This document shows, one piece after another, positions 1 to 11,125 of a stretch of DNA of 64,000 bases; within the stretch, counting starts at the first letter, position 1; each line of letters starts with the position of its first letter. Origin of the DNA: Chiloscyllium plagiosum (Eukaryota); NCBI RefSeq assembly GCF_004010195.1, contig NC_057749.1, positions 23,976,510 through 24,040,509 on the forward strand. Reading direction: 5' to 3'. The notes beneath the pieces were generated by a model. It was given only the letters and a program-made list of their open reading frames with translations, searched no databases and was not told the origin of the DNA. The translations under genes were made by a program, and so were the position numbers.

Positions 1-1233
1 CTCCCACCCACCCCACCCTCACCCCCCAACTCGCACTCCTTCACCCCTCCCCCACTCACTTGCTCTCCTTCAGTATCACAGCCTCCTGAAATCTCAGTGC
101 GGGGTCCTTTCCAAATCTGGCCTCTGCACTCTCCTTGATTGTAACTAGTGCACTGTTGATGGCCATTCCTTTATCTGCCGAGACTCTAACCTCTGAAATC
201 TGTTTTTTAACAGGCTCTCAATTTTTTGCATTGAGAGAAATACACTGCATAATGCACACCTTGAGATTAATCAACGCACTGTTTCAGTCTGGCCCTCTGC
301 ACAGGAGCATAGATGAAATCCCAGTCCATGCCCACCACCTGAACATACTTAAACATCCAATTAATATCTAATGCAAAGGACCCTCTTGTGGTACAGTGGT
401 ATTGTCCCTACCCCTGAACCAGGAGGCCTGGGTTCAAGTCCCACCTGCTCCCAAGTTGTGTTATAACGTCCCTGAGCAGATTGATTGGAAAAATAGTTTA
501 AATGAGAAGAAAGAAAAAGGGAAATATTTAATGTGTGTCCAGATCCTGGGGCTCTGAGGTGCAGATGTAGTGTCCCTGCCTCTGGGCCAGATGGATGTGA
601 AAGCTGTGAAGGTGTGTCACAATACATTCAATCCCAGATGGCTTAAGAGATAGAAGTAGGCCATTCGGCCCATTGTTCCTGCATTAGCTGTTTTGCCAAT
701 GCAACCTCCTGCCTTTCCCCCATATTCCTGCACATCATTTCTATCCACACAATTGGCCAATGCCCCAACTGAACCTGCCTACACTCCATTTCCATGTTGA
801 CTTTATGAAAAATACTCCTCGATTCATTTATATCGTTAAAATTTACTACTTTGATCAGGTTTTGTCATCTGTCCTGACACCAGTATCGTGTGGATCAGGA
901 CCAAACTCTACAGCACTTCTGAGATGCACCATCTAACATTTTCTGACTGTGAAGGTGCTCGACAAATATAAATTATTATTAATGCTCAGTATTGGTAACC
1001 AGTTATCAATTTCTGCTAGTTCTTAGTGTTGTTAAACGATAATCCAACGGTATTAATGTTCAGAGTTTATTCACCAGTAATTAATTAATACAAATGATCA
1101 GTGTTGTTATTTAGTGATCTTTTAGTCTTACCACTCAGCGGTATTAACCAGTAAAGGTTAATCTTAATACTTAGTGTCATTATCAAGTAACCGGTTAGTG
1201 TTAAAACCGCATGTGTTAACCAATAATCAGCGT

Positions 1234-1810
1234 TTAGCGTTCATTAGCAGAGGAATTGAATTCAAGAATCGTGAGGTGATGTTGCAGCTGTACAGGACCT
1301 TGGTTAGGCCACATTTGGAGTACTGTGTGCAGTTCTGGTCACCTCACTTTAGGAAAGATGTGGAAGCTTTGGAGAGGGTGCAGAGGAGATTTACCAGGAT
1401 GTTACCTGGAATGGAGAATAGGTCGTACGAGGATAGGTTGAGAGTGCTAGGCCTTTTCTCATTGGAACGGAGAAGGATGAGGGGTGACTCGATAAAGGTT
1501 TATAAGATGATCAGGGGAATAGATAGAGTAGACAGTCAGAGACTTTTTCCCCGGGGTAAGACAGAGTGTTACAAGGGGACATAAATTTAAGGTGAAGAGT
1601 GGAAAGAATAGGGGAGATGTCGGGGTAGGTTCTTTACCCAGAGAGTGCTGGGGGTATGGAATGCGCTGCCTGTGGGAGTGGCAGAGTCAGAATCATTGGT
1701 GACCTTTAAGCGGCAATTGGATAGGTACATGGATAGGTGCTTAAGCTAGGACAAATGTTCGGCACAACATCGTGGGCCGGAGGGCCTGTTCTGTGCTATA
1801 TTGTTCTATC
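1234..1810 (+). mobile_element. CR1-like LINE 3' end
   Basis: LYRTLVRPHLEYCVQFWSP...LERRRMRGD, tail gggccggagggcctgttctgtgcta. Confidence 0.92.
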
Positions 1811-2377
1811 AGTTTGGGTCAGCCCCCAGTAATCAATTAGTGTTACCGCGCAGTATTGTTAACCAGTGACTGTTACTGCTCAGTGTTATTAACTAGTAAC
1901 TGTTTATAGTTAATGCACATTGTTATTATCAAGTAATCAGTTACTGTTAAAGCTGAATGGTAACCAGTAATCAGTTAGTTTGATGTTCAGTGCGATTAAT
2001 CAGTAATCGATCAGTGCATTGCTAACTAGTAATTGGCGAGTGTTAATGCTCCATGTTTGAAACAATTATCAATTGTGGTGATTAAGATACAATGCATGAT
2101 CTCAAAAGCTCCTGTGGCACAGTGGTAGTGTCCCTACCTGTGAGCCAGGAAGCCCAGTTTGAGTCCCACGCGCTGCAGTTACTGTGTAATAACATTTAAT
2201 GATAATTAACCTATCCCTTGTTTGACAATAGACCGTGTCCAGTAGCAGCCTCTAGTCTATGCCGTTTTTATTTCTCCCCATTCTGTGAACGCATGAAGTC
2301 AGGGTGAGGTTGTGGCCCAGGTCTAAGCAAAGCCCATGGCTGAGCCGCTTACCACCTTTGTCTCCCCCTTGTGGCAG

Positions 2378-2545
2378 GATGTGCTGATGAGCTTGGCCAA
2401 GGCGGTGGCCAATGCAGCCGCCATGTTGGTCCTGAAGGCGAAGAACGTGGCCCAAGTGGCGGAGGATACCGTGCTCCAAAACCGGGTGATCGCTGCTGCC
2501 ACGCAGTGTGCCCTCTCCACCTCCCAGCTGGTCGCCTGTGCCAAG
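2378..2545 (+). CDS. TLN2: talin-2 coding exon (rod R2), DVLMSLAKAV...SQLVACAK
   Basis: cag|GAT acceptor, AAG|gtgagt donor; 56 codons matching recalled human TLN2 (TLN1 reads DALMQLAKAVASAAAAL here). Confidence 0.97.
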
Positions 2546-2804
2546 GTGAGTGCAGGGGCACGAGGAAAGATCCCAGACTTCCTCGTCACTGGGTCCCAGT
2601 GCTTCAGCGGGGATGCCTGTATTTTGCATCTTTGCAAGTGGGTTTGATTTACATCAAGGCTGTGAATTTGAATTTGAATTAATGCACTCACATGAATGCA
2701 GTGAAAAGTTTACTAGTCGCCACTTACGGCGCCATCCTGGGTACAAAATCTCGGTACAAGACAGAACAATAAAGAAAACAAAGTTTAAAAAGTTAAAGGT
2801 TACA

Positions 2805-3740
2805 GTCATAGAGTATGGAAACAGGCCCTTCGGCCCAAACTGGTCCATGCTGATCAGGGTGCGCATTCACCTTGTTCTAACTGCCCACATTGGCTCTATA
2901 TCCCTCTAAACCCTTCCCAACCATGTACCTATCCAAATGTTTATTAAATGTTGCTATTGTACCTGCCTCAACCACTTTCTCTGGCAAGATTAGAGTGCTG
3001 CTGGAAAAGCACAGCAGGTCAGGCAGCATCCGTAGAGCAGGAAAATCAGCGTTTCAGGCAAAAACCCTTCATCAGGAATGGTTTTTGCCTGAAACATTGA
3101 TTTTCCTGCTCCACAGATGCTGCCTGACCTGCTGTGCTTTTCCAGCACCACTCTAATCTTGACTCGAATCTCCAGCATCCACAGTACCTACTTCTGCCCA
3201 CTTTCTCTGGTAGCCCATTCCCACTCTCTGCATGAAGAAATTGCCCCTCAGGTCCTTCTTAAATCTTTCCCCTCTCACCTTAAACCTATGCTCTCTAGTT
3301 TTCAGCTCCCTATCCCTGAGAGAAAAAGATTATATACATTCCATCCTATCTATGCCCCTCATGATTTCATACACCTCAGTAATGTCACCTCCTCATTCTC
3401 CTACATTCCAAGGAATAAAGTCCTATCCTGTCCAACCTCTCCCGAAAACTCAGGCCTGCTAGTCCTGGGAGAGAGTGGGGGCTGCAGGAGAATCAGGGTC
3501 AAAAACGGTGGTGCTGGAAAAGCACAGCAGGTCAGACAGCATCCGAGGGGCAGGAGAGTCGACGTTTCGGGCATAAGATTCCTGATGAAGATCTTATGCC
3601 CGAAACGTCGATTCTCCTGCTCCTCGGATGCTGCCTGACCTGCTGTGCTTTTCCAGCGCTACACTTTTCGACCCTACCAGTCCTGGCAACATCCTCGTCA
3701 ATCTTCTTTGCACTCTGTCCAGTTTAACCATGTCTATCCT
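2805..3740 (-). mobile_element. CR1-like LINE 3' end interrupted by two foldback PLE-end insertions
   Basis: LINE tail resumes across TSD-flanked inserts at ~2985-3197 and ~3469-3678. Confidence 0.8.
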
Positions 3741-4848
3741 TACTAAACGTTGTGCTTACTTACAAAGTAGGAAAACAAAGGAACACAGTAAACAGTCCAA
3801 CACCCAGTCTGTAAGTGCCTAGCCATGCTGGGCTCACTCTCCTCATGAGGGCTCGCTATCCCGCGAACCGACCCCAGCCTGCCCCTTCCCGCTCACGCCA
3901 TTTGGTTGGTGCAGGGTGTTACATCCTGACCTTTGACATTTGGCTGCTGAGGTCAGGCCAACCCAATTGAAATGCGTGGAAACTTCATCCTTGGCTGGCT
4001 CGGGGACAAGCCGTATCCCAGGCAACCCAGAATATGGGCATAAATTGACTTTGTTAATCAGACAAGCCATGAGAAGTGAAAGGAAGGAGCATTGTTTACC
4101 CCCACCCCCACCCCCAACCATCGCCCTGTTGTAGGTCGACACATCCTTCCTGTGTTGGCTCACATTGTGATGACGCCCACCTAATACGTCTAACTTCAAA
4201 AGGACAGTGTCCATTCCTGAACTCTTGCACACCCCTTGTGTCAGGCAGAAGGTAAAGAAGCCTGATCACACCCACCAGCAGGCTCAGGAACAGCTTCTTC
4301 CCAGCCGTTATTAGACTGATGAATGGACTCTCTAGCCTCAATAAGCAATGTAACTTGCAGGCCCCTATCTAAGTCTTTTTGATCTGTACATCCTTGCTTA
4401 TGTGATCTGTCCGTACTGCTCGTAAACAAAGCTTTTCACTGCACTTGGATACACATGACAATCAATCAATCAATCAACATGCTCATTTACTAAGGGTGAA
4501 AATTTATAGAATAATGGAAAAATACAGGTAAATGGGAAAGTTCATTCCAAGAAGGAGCTGAATGGGGAAAGGGTGATGGAGAGAAATGTTTGTCAATTGC
4601 GTGTCTGTCCATTATAGACACCGGAATTGATTCTGAGCATTAACTATGAGGAACAGTTGAGATGGGACCTTAACAGCAAAAATAAATGGGCTGAATGGGC
4701 TCTGCTGTGCTGGAAGATGCTATGGCATCTGATAGCTTGGGTCAGAGCTTTGTCTAATTGTTATGCTGGATGTGACTTGACTCTTATCAAATTGGTTTAG
4801 AGGGATATGGGCCAAATGCTGGCGCATGGAACTGGATTAATTTGGAGG

Positions 4849-5170
4849 AGGCACGGTGGCTCAGTGGTTAGCAATGCCTCACAGCGTCAGGGACCCGGGT
4901 TTGATTCCAGTCTCGGGTGACTGTCTGTGTGGAGTTTGCACATTCTCCCCGTGTCTGTGTGGGTTTCCGCTGGGTGCTCCGATTTCTTCCCACAATCCAA
5001 ATTTGTGCAGGTCAGGTGGATTGGCCACGCTAAATTGCCCATAGTGGTAGAAGCATTAGTCAGGGGTAAATATGGGGAATGGGTCTGGGTGGGTTACTCT
5101 TCGGAGGGTCGGTGTGGACATGTTGGGCTGAAGGGCCTGTTTCCATACTGTAGGGAATCTAATCTAATCT
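4849..5170 (+). mobile_element. HE1-like V-SINE; other + copies at ~12001-12357, 13591-13910, 21350-21697, 29789-30118, 45853-46165
   Basis: tRNA-like head (tggctcagtgg / gtttgattcc), V-domain tgtgtggagtttgcacattctccccgtgtctg, LINE-derived tail with (aatct)n. Confidence 0.9.
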
Positions 5171-5197
5171 ACTCATATCACGTTAGCATGGGTGAAT

Positions 5198-5530
5198 TAG
5201 AATCCCTGCGGTGTGGAAACAGGCCCCTCGGCCTAACAAGTCTACACTCACTCTCCGAAGAGTAATCCACCCAGACCCATTCCCCTACCCTCTTACTCTG
5301 CATTTACCCCTGACTAATGCACCTAACCCACACATCCCTGAACACTATGGGGCAATTCAGCATGACCAATTCACCCTAACCTGCACATCTTTAGACAATG
5401 GGAGGAAACCCACGCAGACACAGGTAGAATGTGCAAACTCCACACAAACAGTTGCCCGAGGCTGGAATCAAACCCAGGTCCCTGGCGCTGTGAGACAGCA
5501 ATGCTCACCACTGAGCCACTATGCCGCCCC
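5198..5530 (-). mobile_element. HE1-like V-SINE; other - copies at ~8165-8398, 9236-9570, 35365-35610, 37377-38005 (split), 48100-48848 (split), 58283-58570, 58755-58970, 60411-60720
   Basis: reverse complement of the same head, V-domain and tail. Confidence 0.9.
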
Positions 5531-5616
5531 AGGGTCTGTTTGCATGCTGTACAACTCAATGACAGCTATTGGTATCGGTGTTCGGCAAATGACCAATCTT
5601 GTGTGTTCCGGTGCAG

Positions 5617-5911
5617 GTGGTCAGTCCGACCATCAGCTCGCCCGTGTGCCAGGAGCAGCTGGTGGAAGCCGGGAAGCTGGTGGACCGCTCGGTCGAGGGC
5701 TGTGTCAAAGCTTGCCAGGCGGCCACAGAGGACACAGAGCTCCTGAAGCAGGTCAGCGCCGCGGCCAGCGTGGTGAGCCAGGCCCTCAACGACCTCCTCC
5801 AGCACGTGCGCCAGTACGCCAGCAGGGGGGAGCCCATTGGGCGCTACGACCAGGCGACCGACACCATCATGACTGTGACCGAGAGCATCTTCAGCTCCAT
5901 GGGCGATGCGG
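5617..5911 (+). CDS. TLN2: talin-2 coding exon (R2-R3), VVSPTISSPV...SSMGDA(G)
   Basis: tgcag|GTG and GCG G|gtgagt; 295 nt ending in phase 1, matched by the next exon. Confidence 0.97.
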
Positions 5912-6509
5912 GTGAGTCGGGAGTAGCCTCGAGGGGCACACGCTGCGTCTGGGAAAACCATTAGCAGAAAAATGTTAATCTGCAATGAGCCCTTGCCAGT
6001 AGGTAGTAGGGTCTGGTGAGTGTCTTTACAACATATCTGTTAGGAGCAGGAGTAGGCCTCAGGCCTGGTACGCCATTTTGATAAGGTGCCTCTTCTTCAG
6101 AATCCTGAAGAGTTACACTAAACTCTAAACTCTGTTTCTGTCTCCACAGTCAACTGCAATGTTTCCGTAGCATGCTCTATTTGTTTCAGATTTCCAGCAT
6201 CCGCAGTATTCTACTTTTTTTTAAAGATAATAATTATGCCTCCATCTATTAGTAGTAGACAAGCAAGAGGCCGGTAGAACACAGCAAGCCAGGCAGCATC
6301 AGGAGGTGGAGAAATCAACATTTCGGATGTAACCTTTCAGGAATGAAGAAGGGTTACATCTGAAACGTTGACCTCTCCATCTCCTGATGCTGCCTGGCTT
6401 GCTGTGTTCCTCCAGCCTCCTGCTTCTCGACTTTGGATTCCAGCCTCTGCAGTTTTGTTTTGTCTCTGTCGTACTGCCGGCAATGGAAATCCAGAATTAT
6501 GTACATACT

Positions 6510-6512
<3 letters not shown>

Positions 6513-6541
<29 letters not shown>
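6513..6541. repeat. (GA)n microsatellite; other simple repeats at ~40188-40245 (CT), ~50102-50131 (TG), ~63295-63335 (TG)
   Basis: seen directly. Confidence 0.9.
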
Positions 6542-6544
<3 letters not shown>

Positions 6545-7798
6545 GAGAGTTAACATTTCAGGTGGAAGACCGTTGACTTGAATGTTTCAAAGGAAGGATT
6601 TTGAAGCAATTTCAGGAGATATTTGAAAATGATCGTTTAACCTGTACTTTAGCCTGAAGAGAGTAATGCTGGATCGGTGATAGGTTTTCGGGTTTGTGGC
6701 AATTTAAATGAGGTCTCTTGCTATACGGAAAATGTCGAATACTGAAAAAGTAACGGGGACACCACTTTTCAACATTGGTATGGGAAGCATCAGGCAACTC
6801 ACCATCAGCGTGGTTCAAAAATTGGGAAAACATTCAGCTGATCAGCCGCCTTTAGCATTTTGTTTAAAAAGGAGAGTGGATCCCTAGTTGATGAGGGAAG
6901 GTCCTGTGTGCTCAGAGTACTGGGAAGGCTGTCAGTAGGAGCTGGAGTAGGCCATTTGGCCCTTCAAGCCTGCTGTCCTGTTCATTATGGTCATCTGTCT
7001 CAACACCATTTTCCCTCTTGCTCCCCTTGTGGCCTTTACAAGCTCTTTCCTGGATATATTCAGTGACTTAGCTTCCACAGCCTCCTGCGGTAGAGAATTC
7101 CATGGGTTTGAGGCAAGACATTTTTCCTCATCTCAGTCCTAAATGGGCCACCACAGATACTGAGAGAGTGTCTGCCGGTTCAAGACTCCCTGACGGGGCA
7201 CCTTGTCTGTTCACCCTGTTAAGAATTTTATACATTTCAATCAGATTCCCTCCCGTCCTTTTAAACTCTAGTGAATACAGGCCCAAGTCAAACCAATCTC
7301 TCCGTATAAAACAGTCGCGATGTCCCCAGTTTCAGGTGAGTGAACATCTGCTGTACTCCCTCTATGGCAAGTATATCCTTTCCCAGGTAGGGGGAAACCC
7401 CAGAGAAAGCTTGTTCAATTGGTAATTTCTAGGATGACGACAGGATTTTGGGGCAGATGGAGTGGACTATGCCAACCTCTTCATGGGATCTTCTCTGCTG
7501 CTGAGTTACAAGAATATTTTGGATCCAGATTTCCAAAAGGGTCAAATTGAAGGGTAGTTGGATCTTGAGAAGGATCCAGGAGCCAGGACAAGTGAATCTT
7601 GGATGGCGTAGAAATAATGGTGGAAGTGATTTGGTGGGCAGAGGGGGGAGCGATGCAGCAGCTCGCGAGCTGGGGGAGGGAGGCCAGTCGGGTTAATGAG
7701 GGGATTAGCGTGACTCTGGGTCGGTGAGAGGGTACACGGTCAACTGGGCTGGGCAGGGCAGAGTTGATTAACCGCGAATTGGCGTCTGTGGCCCACAG

Positions 7799-7965
7799 GG
7801 GAGATGGTTCGGCAAGCGCGAGTGCTGGCCCAGGCCACCTCGGATTTGGTGAACGCCATGAGGTCGGACGCAGAGGCAGAGAGCGATGTCGATAACTCCA
7901 AGAAGCTGCTAGCCGCTGCCAAGTTATTGGCTGATTCCACAGCGAGAATGGTGGAAGCTGCAAAG
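7799..7965 (+). CDS. TLN2: talin-2 coding exon (R3), (G)EMVRQARVL...ARMVEAAK
   Basis: cacag|GG and AAG|gtattt; translated by hand, absent from the ORF track in this frame. Confidence 0.96.
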
Positions 7966-10209
7966 GTATTTAATTTCCTCTGAATCGGCGGAAATCTCAA
8001 TCCAAACAGTCTCACTTTTTTTCATAATCATTAGCGGGATGAGGGTGCCGCTGGCTGGGTCAGCAATTATGGCCCATCTCCGAGTCAGAACGAAGGTCAC
8101 ATGTGGGCCAGACCAGGTAAGGATGGCAGTTTCCTTCCCTGAAGGACATCAGTGAACCAGATCATAAAATCACTACAGTGTGGAAGCAGGCCATTTGGCC
8201 CATGGAGTCAATACTGACCTTCTGAAGAGCATCCCACCCAAACCCATTACTCCTGTAATGCTGCATTTCCTGTGGCTATGCACATCTCTGGACATGGGAA
8301 CCCAGAGGAAACCCATGCAAACATGGGGAGAACGTGCAAACAGACAATCGCCCGGGTCCCTGGCACTGTGAGGCAGCTATGCTAACCACTGAGCCACGGA
8401 TGGATTTTTCCAATGATCAGCAGTGGCTTCACGGTCATCATTGGACTTTTAATTTTTATTCCACTGTCTGTCATGCCAGGATTCGAACCCAGGTCCCCAG
8501 AACATAACCTGGGTGTCTGGGTTAACAGTGCAGCGACAATACCATTAAGCTATCTCCTCCCACCGACAAACAAACTGATGTACTTTGCCTTAATTCCAGA
8601 TATGGCTGTTCCAGCATATTCCCAGTAGGTATCCCAAATTCCACCCTCTTTAAACTCAATCTCACCCAAACCTTTGCTCTTCGAGCTCTCAACATGTCCA
8701 GATCCTTTATCACCTCGTGCTCACTAACCAACCCTGTCCTGGTTAGGACCGTAAAGCAGAGAAGTACATCCAGCCCAGTGAGGGGGTGCTCCCATTCAGT
8801 GAGATCATAGCCAATCTTATAATCCTGAAATCCACTTTTCCCCATCATCCGTGATTCCCTTGACTGACTAAAAACCTGTCTATCTCAGCTTTGAGTTTAC
8901 TGAATGAGCCGGCTTCCACAGCTCTCTGCAGTAAAGAATTCCACAGATTCACTCCGCTCTGAGAGAAGGAATCCCTTTTTATCTCTATCCTTGAATGTAC
9001 AAACCTTTATTCCCTCTCGTCCTCGACTTTCCCACCAGGGAAAACAACCTTTCTGCATGCACTCTATGGATTCACCTTTAGTGTTTTAGTAAGAATGTTT
9101 CTTTAATGTCCCCTTACGTGTTTCAGTAAGATCTGCTCTCATCCTTCGATACTCCAATGAGTACAGGCCCAACCTACTCAATCTGTCCTCATAAGACAGT
9201 CCTTTCACGTGGCTATCAGCCGAGTGAACCACAGGATCCCTACAGTGTGAAAACAGGCCCGTCGGCCTAACAAGTCCACACCAACCCTCCGAAGAGTAAC
9301 CCACCCAGACCTATTTCCCTACCTTATTCCCCTACATTTACCCCTGACTAATACACCTAACCTACACATCCCTGAACACTATGGGCAACTTAGCGTAGCC
9401 ATTTCACCCTAACCTGCACATCTTTGGATTGTGGAAGGAAACCGGAGCACTTGGAGGAAACCCACTGGGAGGATGAGCAAACTCCACACAGACAGTTGCC
9501 CGAGGCTGGAATCGAACCTGGGACCCTGGTGCTGTGAGGCAGCAGTGCTAACCACTGAACCACCGTGCCATTTCTCACTGAATTTCCTCCAATGTTAATA
9601 TATCTTTCCTTTTTGTGGTTATTTAGCCTGCCCAAGGCTGGAATCGAACCTGGGACCCTGGTGCTGTGAGGCAGCAGTGCTAACCACCGTGCCATTTCTC
9701 ACTGAATTTCCTCCAATGTTAATATATCTTTCCTTTTTGTGGTTATTTAGCCTGTTAATCACAGCCTTGCAGACATAATCTGATTTTCAGCAGTCTTGCT
9801 CAGGGTTGAATATGGTTGAGTTTGGTTTGTCATGTTTCCCCTGACTCCCAGAGTGTCTACAGTCTGCTGCCGAGCAAACTCATTGGATTTGATATGTTCT
9901 CAACTGTCGTTTACTGGGACTGACACAGAGGGCGGAGTTGCGGTCTAGTCAGAGTTGTTCTGTAAACATTACAAACGAATCTCCATGAGGAAAAAGAAAA
10001 TGCAATTTGATCCAAAAAGCCAGACCCCCTTAGTTTCCAACTCCTGCTGTCTGCAGAACTGATAGATTGTGATATTGGACAAAAAAGCCAGTCGATACTC
10101 CAGGGACAGCTTTGAAATATGAATTCAATTCATCCGATACTTAATGAGCTGGTGCTTGAAGTTGGCTCGGTGACACTGAAACTGACTGCACGGCATGTCC
10201 TTCAAGGCC

Positions 10210-11125
10210 GGGTGACCCTACAGCCCTGCCCATTGACTGGGTGACCCTACAGCCCTGCCCATTGGCTGGGTAACCCTACAGCCCTGCCCATTGACTGGGT
10301 GACGCGACAGCCCTGCCCATTGGCTGGGTGACCCGACAGCCCTGCCCATTGGCTGGGTGATCCTACAACCCTGCCCATTGGCTGGGGATCCTACAGCCCT
10401 GCCCATTGGCTGGGAGATCCTACAGCCCTGCCCATTGGCTGGGTGATCCTACAGCCCTGCCCATTGGCTGGGTGATCCTGCAGCCCTGCCCATTGGCTGG
10501 GTGATCCTGCAGCCCTGCCCATTGGCTGGGTGATCCTACAGCCCTGCCCATTGGCTGGGTGATCCTACAGCCCTGCCCATTGGCTGGGTGACCCGACAGC
10601 CCTGCCCATTGGCTGGGTGACCCGACAGCCCTGCCCATTGGCTGGGTGACCCGACAGCCCTGCCCATTGGCTGGGTGACCCGACAGCCCTGCCCATTGGC
10701 TGGGTGACCCGACAGCCCTGCCCATTGGCTGGGTGACCCGACAGCCCTGCCCATTGGCTGGGTGACCCGACAGCCCTGCCCATTGGCTGGCCCTGCCCAT
10801 TGACTGGGTGATCCTACAGCCCTGCCCATTGACTGGGTGATCCTACAGCCCTGCCCATTGACTGGGTGACTCTACAGCCCTGTCCATTGACTGGGTGACC
10901 CTACAGCCCTGTCCATTGACTGGGTGACCCTACAGCCCTGCTCATTGGCTGGGTGATCCTACAGCCCTGCCCATAGATTTATAATCCTACAGCCCTGCCC
11001 ATTGACTGGGTGATCCTACAGCCCTGCCCATTGGCTGGGTGATCCTACAGCCCTGCCCATTGGCTGGGTGATCCTACAGCCCTGCCCATTGACTGGGTGA
11101 TCCTACAGCCCTGTCCACTGGCTGG
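10210..11125. repeat. 29-bp minisatellite (gggtgatcctacagccctgcccattggct), about 30 copies
   Basis: direct tandem repetition. Confidence 0.97.

Noticed and set aside
4849..4920. tRNA-like sequences at SINE heads (also ~378-450, ~2107-2170 and others)
   Set aside because: They continue into SINE bodies or are decayed and lack a full cloverleaf; not tRNA genes.
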